23,014 nt of DNA from Octopus sinensis. Its lineage: Eukaryota. Positions 22,897 through 23,014 of this stretch are shown here, piece after piece. A program made the translations under genes and the position numbers. Location: assembly GCF_006345805.1 (NCBI RefSeq), contig NW_021836736.1, positions 1-23,014 of the forward strand, read 5' to 3'. The notes under the pieces were generated by a model. It did no database searches and had not been told where the DNA came from. It saw nothing but the letters and a program-made list of their open reading frames with translations. Every line of letters begins with the position of its first letter. Positions within the stretch are counted from its first letter, which is position 1.

Positions 22897-23014
22897 AGGA
22901 GTGGCTGTGTGTGGTAAGTAGCTTGCTTACCTACCATATTGTACCAGGTTCGGTCCTACTGCGTGGCATCTTGGGCAAGTGTCTTCTACTATAGACTCGG
23001 GCCGATCAAAGCCT
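22897..23014 (+). mobile_element. CORE-like SINE (family C), 5' part, cut by the window edge
   Basis: AGGAGTGGCTGTGTGTGGTAAGTAGCTTGCTTACC...CTTGGGCAAGTGTCTTCTACTATAG matches the family head. Confidence 0.88.

Overview
Eukaryotic, gene-free, repeat-dense DNA, most likely from an octopus (inferred from SINE sequences I recognise and the TATG/TATC microsatellite load). No host protein-coding gene, true tRNA, rRNA or CRISPR is supported, and most ORFs in the track are microsatellite artefacts. The main feature is a near full-length Tx1-type (L1 group) non-LTR retrotransposon on the + strand (~14363-20427). Its ORF1 has a CCHC knuckle; its ORF2 has an APE endonuclease, RT and a C-terminal zinc finger, broken mainly by 1-bp indels. 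It sits in a (TATC)n tract and is followed by two independently 5'-truncated copies, each also bounded by (TATC)n, which suggests a (TATC)n/(GATA)n-targeting family. A tRNA-derived SINE at 7042-7460 appears to share the 3' tail of this LINE. A parallel arrangement occurs at 4257-4992, where two 3' ends of an RLE-type (R4/Dong-like) LINE lie between (TATG)n tracts inside an older R4/Dong-like relic; removing them restores a coding motif of the relic. Also present are an RTE 3' fragment, a Penelope-like terminus with a hammerhead ribozyme core, six copies or fragments of a CORE-like SINE, two other SINEs and many simple repeats. Family assignments come from manual translation and recalled motifs, not database searches.
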